From assembly GCA_031411295.1 (NCBI GenBank), contig JANOAV010000060.1, positions 10,172 to 74,171 of the forward strand: a stretch of DNA of 64,000 nucleotides, in the 5' to 3' direction. The stretch is from Verrucomicrobiales bacterium. Its GTDB lineage: Bacteria; Verrucomicrobiota; Verrucomicrobiia; Verrucomicrobiales; V1-33. The notes beneath the pieces are model-generated. The model saw nothing but the letters and a program-made list of their open reading frames with translations. It was not told where the DNA came from and did not search any database. This document shows positions 1 to 8,804 of this stretch, piece by piece. Position numbers and translations under genes: made by a program. Within the stretch, counting starts at the first letter, position 1. The number at the start of each line of letters is the position of its first letter.

Positions 1-1036
1 TGTCAGCGCCACCCCCGCCAAGTTTGAATTGGAAAACAGCGTGGTGGGAAATGAGGGTTACATCCCCCATCAACGCGACCGCATTGGCGAGGAAGAAAGC
101 ACCCCCGCGCGTCTCCCCAGAATTTCCGCCAGTGCGGAATCCATCGAGAAATTCGACGTCACCACGCCTGGAAAATCACTCATTGCCGAACAAATCATCC
201 GCCCCACCGGCCTGATCGATCCTATCATCGTCATCCGCCCACTCAAAGGCCAGATCGACGAGACCATCGAACTCTGCCGCCAGCGCGTCGAAATTCAGCA
301 ACGCGTGCTCGTGACCACTCTCACCAAACGCACCGCCGAAGATCTCACGGACTACCTGCGCGATGTCGGCCTCAAAGTGCGTTACATGCACAGCGACATC
401 GATGCCATCGAACGCGTGGAGATCCTACGCTCGTTGCGTGCCGGAGAATTCGATATTCTGGTAGGTATCAACCTGTTGCGGGAAGGACTGGATTTGCCGG
501 AAGTTAGTCTTGTCTGCATTTTGGATGCCGACAAGGAAGGCTACCTGCGAAGCGAAACGAGTTTAATCCAAACCTCCGGCCGAGCCGCCCGTCACGTGAA
601 CGGTCAGGTGGTGCTCTTCTGCGACGTCATTACCAAGAGTATCCTGGCCCTGCAAAAAATCACCGAGTATCGGCGGAGCAAACAAGTAGAATACAACGAA
701 CTCCACGGCATCACCCCCCGCAGCGTCATCCGTCCCGTGCAGGAAAGCCTCCAAGGCGGCTTCAAGGACTCCAAATATAACCCCAACGTCCTGCGCGAAG
801 ACAGCCCTGACATGGACGTAGCCACGGTGATCCACCAACTCGAAGTGGAAATGCAGGAGGCCAGCATCGCCCTCGAATTCGAACGTGCCGCCCTCCTCCG
901 AGATCAAATCAAAGAGCTAAAATCCGGCGGGGCCATGACTCGCAACTACCAGCTCAAGCCCGGCAATCGCAAACAAGTGAACTACCGGGACCAACTGAAA
1001 CCCAAGCGGGGCGCTGGGAAAAAATCACGGAAGTAA
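1..1036 (+). CDS. uvrB: Excinuclease ABC subunit B, 3' part (5' end outside the window)
   Basis: Frame is open from position 2 (VSATP, helicase motif III), then EQIIRPTGLIDP, TTLTKRTAEDLTDYL, GINLLREGLDLPEVSLV, DADKEG..RS.TSLIQT.GRAAR and a C-terminal UVR coiled coil (LEFERAALLRDQI). Confidence 0.97.
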   Translation, partial: VSATPAKFELENSVVGNEGYIPHQRDRIGEEESTPARLPRISASAESIEKFDVTTPGKSLIAEQIIRPTGLIDPIIVIRPLKGQIDETIELCRQRVEIQQRVLVTTLTKRTAEDLTDYLRDVGLKVRYMHSDIDAIERVEILRSLRAGEFDILVGINLLREGLDLPEVSLVCILDADKEGYLRSETSLIQTSGRAARHVNGQVVLFCDVITKSILALQKITEYRRSKQVEYNELHGITPRSVIRPVQESLQGGFKDSKYNPNVLREDSPDMDVATVIHQLEVEMQEASIALEFERAALLRDQIKELKSGGAMTRNYQLKPGNRKQVNYRDQLKPKRGAGKKSRK

Positions 1037-1176
1037 TCCCAGGAACCCAACCACGAGTCGCCCGCCCGACACTTCAGCCCAATCCTCCGGCTTGAGCAGC
1101 TTAAAATTAGCTCAGAGATTATTTAGTTGACATCACGCGAGATGGCCGGATGTTCCCGTAGCAACCTCTGCCCCTT

Positions 1177-2142
1177 ATGCCTCGCTTTCGTCTTACACTT
1201 ATCCATCAGCCCGCTTGCTACCATGTCATTTGCCGAATTACTCAAGGTCAGCTTTGGCTTGGGGCGGGCGAGAAAATTGCGCTTTGCGAACTCCTCGAGC
1301 GCTTGGCTCCGTATTGCGGTGTGGAGTTGCTGACTTTCTGTGTGATGAGCAATCACTTCCATTTGCTCCTGCGTGTGCCTGAGAAAGCGGTAGCCGATGC
1401 TGCGCTTGATGGCATCGATCTGTGTCGTCGGGTCGGGCTGCTACATGGGGAGGATTCTGCTGCGGAGCTTGAAAGTCTATGGAAGTCGCGCGCGAATCCT
1501 GGTGCGAAACATCAGTGGGAGCAGGAGCGCGAGATGCATCTGGGACGAATGCACGATCTTTCCATTTTCATGCAGTTACTGAAGCAACGTTTCACCATGT
1601 CCCATAATCGGCACCACGGCACACGTGGCACCTTGTGGTCGGAGCGGTTTAAGAGCGTGCTGGTGGAATCGAGAGAAGGCGCACGAAACCCACTGCATTT
1701 GGTGGCCGCTTATATTGACTTGAATCCGGTGCGGGCTGGTTTGGTGAAGGATGGCGCAGACTATTTCTACTCAGGGGTAGGCCGGGCCAGACTCGGGGTG
1801 CGGCTTTGTCGGCAGGGTTTGATGTCGTTGGCAGGGAGCAGCGATTGGACTAAAGCCAAGGCGTGGTATCGACAGTTCTTGGGCGGAAATCCAGCCGCAG
1901 CTGATCCTGCACCACACAAGAATCGATCACCACGCAAGTCGCCCCAGGCCCACCCGGCAGCTGATGAGTTGCGCAAGCGGCAGATGGCCTTGGTGAAGGG
2001 TTTGGTCGTTGGATCCGCAGCCTTTGTGATGGGCGTCCTCCAAGGAATGTCCGATCTCAAACGTGGATTTCGCCCCCAGGCCTATGCCTCAGGCGGGCTG
2101 GGCGGTGATATTTGGGTGGGGCGGAAATTTCATCGCACATGA
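1177..2142 (+). mobile_element. REP-associated tyrosine transposase (RAYT; Y1/IS200-superfamily HUH nuclease)
   Basis: YHVICR, FCVMSNHFHLL (HUH), GTLWSERFKS and YIDLNPVRAGLV (catalytic Tyr followed by NPVRAG). No tnpB and no flanking REP arrays seen. Confidence 0.88.
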
Positions 2143-2151
2143 TGTGAGGTC

Positions 2152-3486
2152 CTATTTGCGCAGGGTGAGAAACGCCAGCCACACGCGTGGTTCTGGAGTT
2201 GCCCCGGGCGCACCCGAGTCCTGTGGGTGGTTCAGAGTGCCGATGAGCAACGGATGGTTGGGCTGCACGCGCACGGTGGTGTTGATTTTTTGCACACCGA
2301 AGCTTGGCTGCATGAGATCCTGATCCCGTTCCATGGAGAGCAGGCGGCCTTTTTCTGCGGCCACGGTTACGCTCACACTGCCGTCTGGGTAGCTGTAGTT
2401 TTCAAGTTCCAAGGTGTTACCCAAGTTGCGCACCGTGAAGGTCGTGCCCACGGCCGGGATGGTGAGGCTGCTGCCGGCATTGGGGGCTGGCAGGGGATGC
2501 TGGCCGCTATCCCGCTTGAGGAGTTGTTCTTTTAGCGCAGGATCCGTGATGGTTAGCTGTGTCACGGTTTGACCTGGATCAAAGTCTGTTGGGTAGGGGA
2601 ATTCATCGATATGCTCCACTTTGCCTCTTTGGCTATCGTTCGCCTGGATGATTTGCAATGTTCCCAGTTTGCCAACTTTCGCGCTGATCAGTCCATTTAG
2701 TTTGCCATAGAGTTCGGTGTTATCAGGGGTGGTTTGGATCAGCATAAGGGCGGTCGCTTGGGGCAGCGAGATGACTTCATACTGACAACGAAACGTTCGG
2801 CGTTCAGGCCGCTCTGAATTTACCGCCGGAAAGCGCTGCACCGTTGGCGTAACAAAAGCCAGCGCGACCGTATCGGCTTGAGCCGGGTTGGCTGGTTCCG
2901 CTGCCAGCTGGCCCAGGAGGCTGGGTTGGTTTGGGATGGTTGGGAGGATTCGCAAAATCTCCGCCTTGAAAAAGGTTGGTTTGCCCTCCTGCACAGGCCC
3001 CAAGCGTGTGGTCGTGCTGGTGATTTTTAGGACTAGACTGTCGCCTTCCTCAGACACCTCGGGGGAAAAGGTCAGCACTTCGCCCAAGGTTTCCGTCGTG
3101 AAGCGCCGTTCCTTGTCTTGGTGGGGAAACTCCACGGCTTGTCGCACCGTAGCCCACTCTCCCCACATCGTTCGCAGCAGGATCATTTTGTCCGCCACGG
3201 TGGAACCTGCTTGCACCGATTGCTGCAGTGCAGCGTAAAGGTCAGTATCCTTCGGTTGGGATTTTCGCAAGGTCTCGGCTGCCGTCTTGGGCAGTCGGAA
3301 AACTTCATAACGCAGCAGCACTTGCGAGTCCGTTTCAGATTCAGGTTTAGTTTCCTCCGCTGGGGGACTTGGAGCTGATTGCGTGCCTGACCAAAGCGTG
3401 GGAGCAGGATCCGCCCGCCGCACTGGTTTGGCTTGCAGAGCGACCAGCAGGCAGGACGTGAGGAGCAGGAAATAGAATCGAAACAT
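2152..3486 (-). CDS. Exported protein with two tandem secretin-like domains (A+B); first domain shortened
   Basis: Signal peptide MFRFYFLLLTSCLLVALQA (start moved from 3519 to the ATG at 3486). Motifs QRGKVEHIDEFPYPTDFDP, TTFTVRNLGNTLELE, QPSFGVQKINTTVRV..HPLLIGT and VWLAFLT. Confidence 0.7.
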   Translation of the reverse strand: MFRFYFLLLTSCLLVALQAKPVRRADPAPTLWSGTQSAPSPPAEETKPESETDSQVLLRYEVFRLPKTAAETLRKSQPKDTDLYAALQQSVQAGSTVADKMILLRTMWGEWATVRQAVEFPHQDKERRFTTETLGEVLTFSPEVSEEGDSLVLKITSTTTRLGPVQEGKPTFFKAEILRILPTIPNQPSLLGQLAAEPANPAQADTVALAFVTPTVQRFPAVNSERPERRTFRCQYEVISLPQATALMLIQTTPDNTELYGKLNGLISAKVGKLGTLQIIQANDSQRGKVEHIDEFPYPTDFDPGQTVTQLTITDPALKEQLLKRDSGQHPLPAPNAGSSLTIPAVGTTFTVRNLGNTLELENYSYPDGSVSVTVAAEKGRLLSMERDQDLMQPSFGVQKINTTVRVQPNHPLLIGTLNHPQDSGAPGATPEPRVWLAFLTLRK

Positions 3487-3515
3487 AATGTTAGAGTGGT
3501 GAAGGTTTACAGGGA

Positions 3516-6500
3516 TCAATCCAGCGTGGCTGTGATGAAGGCGAGCCAGACGCGATCAGTTTGATTGCCGCCCGGGGCTCCGGTGCGCACGGGTTTACTC
3601 ATGGTGCCCAACAGACACGGTTGGCCGATGCTGGTGGTGATGCTGGTATTTAGTTTTTGGGTTTCGAAGATCGGTTGAATGGCTTCCCAATACTTCACCT
3701 CGCTCACTAGCCGATTACTTTCCGGGGCAATCGTCAGGTCCACTGTGGCATAGTCCTCACCCAGCACGGGATCAAATTCGACGGTCTCGCCCACGTTCCG
3801 AATCGTCCATGTCGTGGGAGACAAGCCGGTGATAAAACCGAAGCCTGAAGTCGGCGGGCCGAGCGGCGGACGATTCTTGGCCTCCTGTGACGGGGCTCCG
3901 CCTTGGCGCAGAATGTCCACCAACTGCGGGTCTGCAATGGTAAGCGTCTGGGGAATTTGCGGTGGATCAAAGTCGGTGGGATACGGTGTCTCAGCGATTT
4001 GTTCCACCTTGGCACGCAGTCCGCTCATAGTGCGCAGACTCAGCAGCTTTTCCAGTTGTGCGGTATTGGCTGCGATCATGGGGAGGAGCCGCTGGTGGAT
4101 GGCGGGGTCGTCCAACGGTTCGTCGAATAAGGCCGCCGCATCGGCTTGAGTTAGGGAAATTAACTCGAATTGCAACCGCATGGAGCATCCATCCGTGGGG
4201 GATGGAGGAAAATCTGGTTGGGCGGCAACTCGGACCGGTTGGCTGGTTCCCGGAGCCGCAAAAGGATCCTCCTCGACTCGGGGGGCATATCGCATCAGCC
4301 CACTGGAAAGCGGAGCGGGCTTGGGAGCAGTCGCATTTAACGCTGGAGGGATTTTCGTCACAGTGGCGGTGAGAAAGGAGACGGTCGCGTTGTCATCCGT
4401 ATTGTCCTCCACGCGTCCGGTGTGGTCGGCCTTGCTGCAAGTGCCCGCCAGAATGGGTTGGCCGGAGATCGCTGTTAGGGAGGCATAGATTTTGCTGGTT
4501 TGAAACTGAGGTTGGATGATGCCGGTATAATCCAAATCCCCCACGAAGCGCACCCGCTCGGCCCCGTGGGTGATGCCGATTGTTTTTCCATCCTCAAAGA
4601 TCACGGGATCGATCTCCCACGTATCTCCCAGATTGCGGACGGTAAATGTGGTGCCGGTCACGGTGTTTTGCAGACCGATACCGCCATTCAACGGACTCCC
4701 CGGGCGCTTGGCTGGGGCGGGTTCGGCTATGGCGGCAGGTGGTGTCAGTGGTTGCTTCATGGCAGTCGCCAGCGCAGTCGGATCCACAATCGTTAGAGTT
4801 TGCGGGACCTGACCTGGATCGAAATCCGTGGGATAGGGAAATTCATCGAGGTGTTCCACCTTGGCGCGCTGACCGCTTTTCGTTCGCACCAACATAAAGC
4901 GATCCAAGGTGGCAGTCTTTTTCACGACTCGCTGCTGGATTTCCTTTCGCATCTCCCCATCGCTCAGTCCAGCGACCATGAGCAAGCGCAGGTCCTCTTT
5001 GGGAAGCGTGAACCATTCGTCGCGCAGCAATACCTGATTAGACTCATAGCGTGACGCCAAGGCTGGATCCTCCGGTTGCGTAGGCGCTACCGCCGTGAGG
5101 AATCCCAGCCAAATGCGTTCCTCCGTATTGCCATGATCCGCCCCGGTGTTCACTGGAGGACTCATGGTGCCAACCAGCAGGGGCCGATTGAAAGCGAGAG
5201 TGACAGAAGTGCTCAGGCGCTGGGTTTCGAAAATGGGCTGCTGGCAGTCTTCCTGAGACCGGATCGTTAGCAGGCGAACGCGTTCGGGAGCCATCACCAC
5301 GTGGACGCTCCGACCATCGTCGGCTAAGGCGGAATCCACTTCGATGGCGTCGCCCACGTTGCGAGTGGTAAAGTTGGTCGGGATCATCCGAGTCATGATG
5401 CCGAAGCCACCATTGGCTGGATCCAGCGGTTTATCAGGCGCGGGAGCCACGCGACCACCTTCCTGATAGAAGATATCCAACAGCCACTGGTTCGCGATGG
5501 TGAGCGTTTGAATCAACTGCGGCGGATCAAAGTCAGTCGGGTAGCTCAGCAGATCCACCGCCTCCGATTTGATGCGGTCCCCAAATAATCCGCGCACGGA
5601 CTGCAACCCTTCCAGCTTGGCAGAGTTTGCTTTGATCATGGTGCGCAGCTTGGCGTGCAACGCAGCACTATCCGGAATTTCATCGAGGAGGCTCGAAGCC
5701 GTCGCTTTAGGCACGGAAATGACTTCCCATTGATAACGCACCGCTTCCGTGGGGTCGACCACGAACTCGCCTTGCGGTGGCGTGTCTATGGTAGCGGTAA
5801 TGAAAGCGAGGGAGAGTTCATCCGCCTGATTAGCATTCACGGTGCCCGTCTGGTAATTCTTCGACAGGGTGCCGAGGAAACAAGGCGCCCCGGAGGCAAC
5901 GTTCACGCTGGTGTTGAGTTTTTGCGTTTCAAATTGCGACTGCTCCTCGCTGTTCTCGCGAAACAAGCCAGCCAGTTGCACGGACTCCGTGGTAATGTTG
6001 AGGACAATGCGCTGATGCGCCCAATCCACGACCGGATCCACCTCCATCGTTTCCCCCAGATTCCGCACGGTAAACGAGGTTGGCGTAATCGTGCCCATGA
6101 GGCCGAAACCGCCATTGTTCGCTGGCACAGGCTGCGGCAGGCGCAACGGGCCGACGAAGGGAGCGGGACTGGGAGCGGCAGGCAGCCCGAGCGCGCGAGG
6201 ATTGATAAGGGTTAGCGTTTGGGGGAGTTGCTCCGGATCGAAATCCGTGGCGTAGGGGTATTCATCAATTTGCTCCACTTTGGCACGCTGGCCACTTTGC
6301 GTGCGCAGCAGCAGCAAATTCACCAAGCGAGCGGACTTGGCCGTGACCATTTTGCGCAATTCCGCATACAGCGCGGCATCCTTCATGCCAGCCAGCAACA
6401 AGGCTTGCGCGGCTCGCTTCGGCAGGCGGAACGTTTCCTGTTTGATGAGCACTTGCGTCGTAGGCCTTGGTGAAGGCTCTGCAGCAGTGGCGGAATGCGC

Positions 6501-6551
6501 ACCCGCCAGACCCAGCAAACTCAGGAACAGGAGTAAAGAAAGTTTTATCAA
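3516..6551 (-). CDS. Exported protein with four tandem secretin-like domains (A-B-A-B)
   Basis: Signal peptide, then four copies of roughly RTxSGQRAKVEx.xExPYPTDFDP..PQ / TxFTxRNxGxTxExDPV / QPxFETQKLxTS..G.P.LxGT / LAFxTA, resembling the C-terminal domain of verrucomicrobial PilQ/GspD-type secretins. Confidence 0.75.
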   Translation of the reverse strand: MIKLSLLLFLSLLGLAGAHSATAAEPSPRPTTQVLIKQETFRLPKRAAQALLLAGMKDAALYAELRKMVTAKSARLVNLLLLRTQSGQRAKVEQIDEYPYATDFDPEQLPQTLTLINPRALGLPAAPSPAPFVGPLRLPQPVPANNGGFGLMGTITPTSFTVRNLGETMEVDPVVDWAHQRIVLNITTESVQLAGLFRENSEEQSQFETQKLNTSVNVASGAPCFLGTLSKNYQTGTVNANQADELSLAFITATIDTPPQGEFVVDPTEAVRYQWEVISVPKATASSLLDEIPDSAALHAKLRTMIKANSAKLEGLQSVRGLFGDRIKSEAVDLLSYPTDFDPPQLIQTLTIANQWLLDIFYQEGGRVAPAPDKPLDPANGGFGIMTRMIPTNFTTRNVGDAIEVDSALADDGRSVHVVMAPERVRLLTIRSQEDCQQPIFETQRLSTSVTLAFNRPLLVGTMSPPVNTGADHGNTEERIWLGFLTAVAPTQPEDPALASRYESNQVLLRDEWFTLPKEDLRLLMVAGLSDGEMRKEIQQRVVKKTATLDRFMLVRTKSGQRAKVEHLDEFPYPTDFDPGQVPQTLTIVDPTALATAMKQPLTPPAAIAEPAPAKRPGSPLNGGIGLQNTVTGTTFTVRNLGDTWEIDPVIFEDGKTIGITHGAERVRFVGDLDYTGIIQPQFQTSKIYASLTAISGQPILAGTCSKADHTGRVEDNTDDNATVSFLTATVTKIPPALNATAPKPAPLSSGLMRYAPRVEEDPFAAPGTSQPVRVAAQPDFPPSPTDGCSMRLQFELISLTQADAAALFDEPLDDPAIHQRLLPMIAANTAQLEKLLSLRTMSGLRAKVEQIAETPYPTDFDPPQIPQTLTIADPQLVDILRQGGAPSQEAKNRPPLGPPTSGFGFITGLSPTTWTIRNVGETVEFDPVLGEDYATVDLTIAPESNRLVSEVKYWEAIQPIFETQKLNTSITTSIGQPCLLGTMSKPVRTGAPGGNQTDRVWLAFITATLD

Positions 6552-6571
6552 TTGAATTGGTTGGCGAGAGA

Positions 6572-8179
6572 TTATTCCACGAAGCCGGTCAGGAAGGCGA
6601 GCGCGACGGTGTCCGTGGCATTGCCGCCGGGCGCACCAGTTTGAGAGGGAGGACTCAAGGTGCCTAACAGCAATGGGACTTTCGCTTGAAGCATTACGGA
6701 CGTGTTCAGTTCTCGTTTGGCAAACACCGGTTTTTCATCGCTCCCCAGAGTGCGTTGCCCCAAGTGTTGCTCCATGGTGGCGCGGATGGTGGCAATCATT
6801 GTGATGCCATCCGAGCTCAGAATGGAGTTCAGTTCCAGGAGCGTCCCCAAGGTTCGTTTCGTGGTCTGTTCCGGCCGGGTTACCGTGATCATTTCCTGAG
6901 CAATGCCCGCCGCTTCCTCTGCCGTGCCGCCCCCATGCAGGCGCAGCAAGTCCAGGATTTTGGGATCGGAAACCGTGAGGGCTGATGGCATGTGATACTG
7001 ACTGAAATCCGTAAAGTAAGTGAGCGGGGGAGTCAATTCCGTGCTTTTCTTGGGCACGCCGCTGCGGGTGCTGAACTGCAGAGACGCCTCCCGCTGAGCC
7101 GTGTGCGCCCGCACCATTTCCTGCAATTGCGTGAGCAGGGCTGGATCGGTGGGATGCGATAAGCAGAGGGCATGGGCGGTGTCCTTGGGCAGGGAAATGA
7201 CCTCGAACTGAAAGCGCAGCGACTTCTGGTCGATTTGCTCCTGGTTTAGCACCTGGGGGAAAGAGGGCGGCTGTGGGGCCGGTGGTGCCGCGAAAGGATC
7301 ATTCGCTGGAGGCTTGGGCGGGACGTCCAATTTGGGCAACGCGGGCGCGAAGGCCGTGAGAAACTGCAGGGTGATGACATCTTCTTGCTGGCTATGCTCG
7401 ACACCACTGCGGACGGCCTTGCTGCAAGTGCCCACAAGCACTGCTTGATCAAGCTTTCCCAAGGTGGTGCCGTGGAGTCGCTGGGTTTGGAAATTTGGCT
7501 GTGCAGCACCGTTGTAGGAAACATCCCCCAGCCAGCGGGTGCTCTCCGTTTTCCAGTTCAGGGTCGTCAACTTCCCATTGGGCCGGACACTTGCGTCCAC
7601 TTCCCAAGTGTCGCCCAGAGATTTAAACGCCAGTTCGCTGGGGCACACCGAGGTTTGCAGTCCGATGCCAACCTTCACAGGTTTTCCAGTGTGGGGCTTC
7701 GGTTTGATCTCGGGTGCAGGCGCAGGTGGAGGTGGTGGCGGAAGTGGCGGATCAGTTGGGAGCGGTTCTGGTGGCGGTGGCACGGGCGCTGGAGGCGGAA
7801 TGAAGGATCGCACCGCCTCCAAGGCCGACGCACCAGCCGGGTCAGCGAAAGTTAGGTCTCCGGCCATCTGGGCTGGTTCAAAATCCTTCGCATACGGCAA
7901 TTCCTCATTTCCAGCGAGCTTGATGGGCCGACCGCTCAAACCACGCAAACTCAAGCCCCGCATGATGACGAATTGATCCAGTGTGGCGCTCTTGGCGGAC
8001 ACCCGTTTGAGAATTTCCTCATGCAGCGCCTGATCGCTCAGGCCCGCCAGCAGCAAGTCATGCGCCTCCGCCTGGGCCAGGGAAAAACGCTCTGCGTGGA
8101 GGATAATGGAGCCGGGAATTTCCTCTGCCAGCAGCGGGGTGATGAAGAGCCAGAGACAGAGCAGAGGAAAGGATTTCAT
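6572..8179 (-). CDS. Exported protein with two divergent secretin-like domains (A+B) and Pro-rich inserts
   Basis: Likely start MKSFPLLCLWLFITPLLA at 8179. Motifs ELPYAKDFEP, FKSLGDTWEVD, QPNFQTQRL, RTLGTLLELN, KPVFAKRELNTSV and LLLGTLSPP..TGAPGGN..D.VALAFLT match the two downstream paralogs. Confidence 0.68.
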   Translation of the reverse strand: MKSFPLLCLWLFITPLLAEEIPGSIILHAERFSLAQAEAHDLLLAGLSDQALHEEILKRVSAKSATLDQFVIMRGLSLRGLSGRPIKLAGNEELPYAKDFEPAQMAGDLTFADPAGASALEAVRSFIPPPAPVPPPPEPLPTDPPLPPPPPPAPAPEIKPKPHTGKPVKVGIGLQTSVCPSELAFKSLGDTWEVDASVRPNGKLTTLNWKTESTRWLGDVSYNGAAQPNFQTQRLHGTTLGKLDQAVLVGTCSKAVRSGVEHSQQEDVITLQFLTAFAPALPKLDVPPKPPANDPFAAPPAPQPPSFPQVLNQEQIDQKSLRFQFEVISLPKDTAHALCLSHPTDPALLTQLQEMVRAHTAQREASLQFSTRSGVPKKSTELTPPLTYFTDFSQYHMPSALTVSDPKILDLLRLHGGGTAEEAAGIAQEMITVTRPEQTTKRTLGTLLELNSILSSDGITMIATIRATMEQHLGQRTLGSDEKPVFAKRELNTSVMLQAKVPLLLGTLSPPSQTGAPGGNATDTVALAFLTGFVE

Positions 8180-8312
8180 AATTGAAAAGTGTGAGACGAA
8201 ACGGGTCATGATTTTATTCAAGTAAAGCTGGAAAATACCGAGGTCCGTCGTCCGAATCCCACTGGCCGATGCGGGCCAGCGGGCCATAGTCATAGCGGTC
8301 CCCATTTGACGC

Positions 8313-8687
8313 TCAAAGGAAAGCGATGCGGTCGATTTGGCCACGGTAACGATCCAACGGAGCGGTGTGGCTTACCATGGTGTTGAACACGAGAAATACC
8401 ACACATTTGGAGGACACGTGCAGCGTGCCAATCTCCACTCGCTGATTGGTGAGCTTGGCACACAGGAGCGCAAATCGGTGGTAAATCGCGTCGATTTCCG
8501 CCGAGCTAATTCCCGTAACCACACCGTCCGCGGACACTCCGAACAGGACCAACCCACCGTTGCACCACTGCATGTCACAAAAGAGCCTGGCCATGCGGTA
8601 GGCATTTGGCGTCGCCTCCTCAAATATGACGGACTGCGAGTAAGCAGCAATGAGAGTCGTCAACGAAGTGCAGGAGGTGAGGGCCAT
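8313..8687 (-). CDS. Small standalone AlbA_2/Schlafen-like domain protein (degenerate)
   Basis: MARLFCDMQWCNGGLVLFGVSADGVVTGIS resembles the AlbA_2 motif a.aN..GG.l.iGv.D.g.v.G; 124 aa, no ATPase partner domain. Confidence 0.45.
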   Translation of the reverse strand: MALTSCTSLTTLIAAYSQSVIFEEATPNAYRMARLFCDMQWCNGGLVLFGVSADGVVTGISSAEIDAIYHRFALLCAKLTNQRVEIGTLHVSSKCVVFLVFNTMVSHTAPLDRYRGQIDRIAFL

Positions 8688-8804
8688 GGCGTTGGAGGTG
8701 AAGGGCGGAGCACTAGCATCCTAGCGGAAAGTCGAGGCTGGGGCAAGAGCTATATTTTATGAGTGCAAGCGTGGTGGCATATGGTAAGCGTTTACCCCAT
8801 CCAT

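Noticed and set aside
7700..7800. Gly-rich plus-strand reading resembling a linker repeat
   Set aside because: It is the antisense of a poly-proline insert in the secretin-like gene.
8180..8344. N-terminal extension of the 590-aa ORF
   Set aside because: A signal peptide begins at 8179 and the extension overlaps the upstream ORF.
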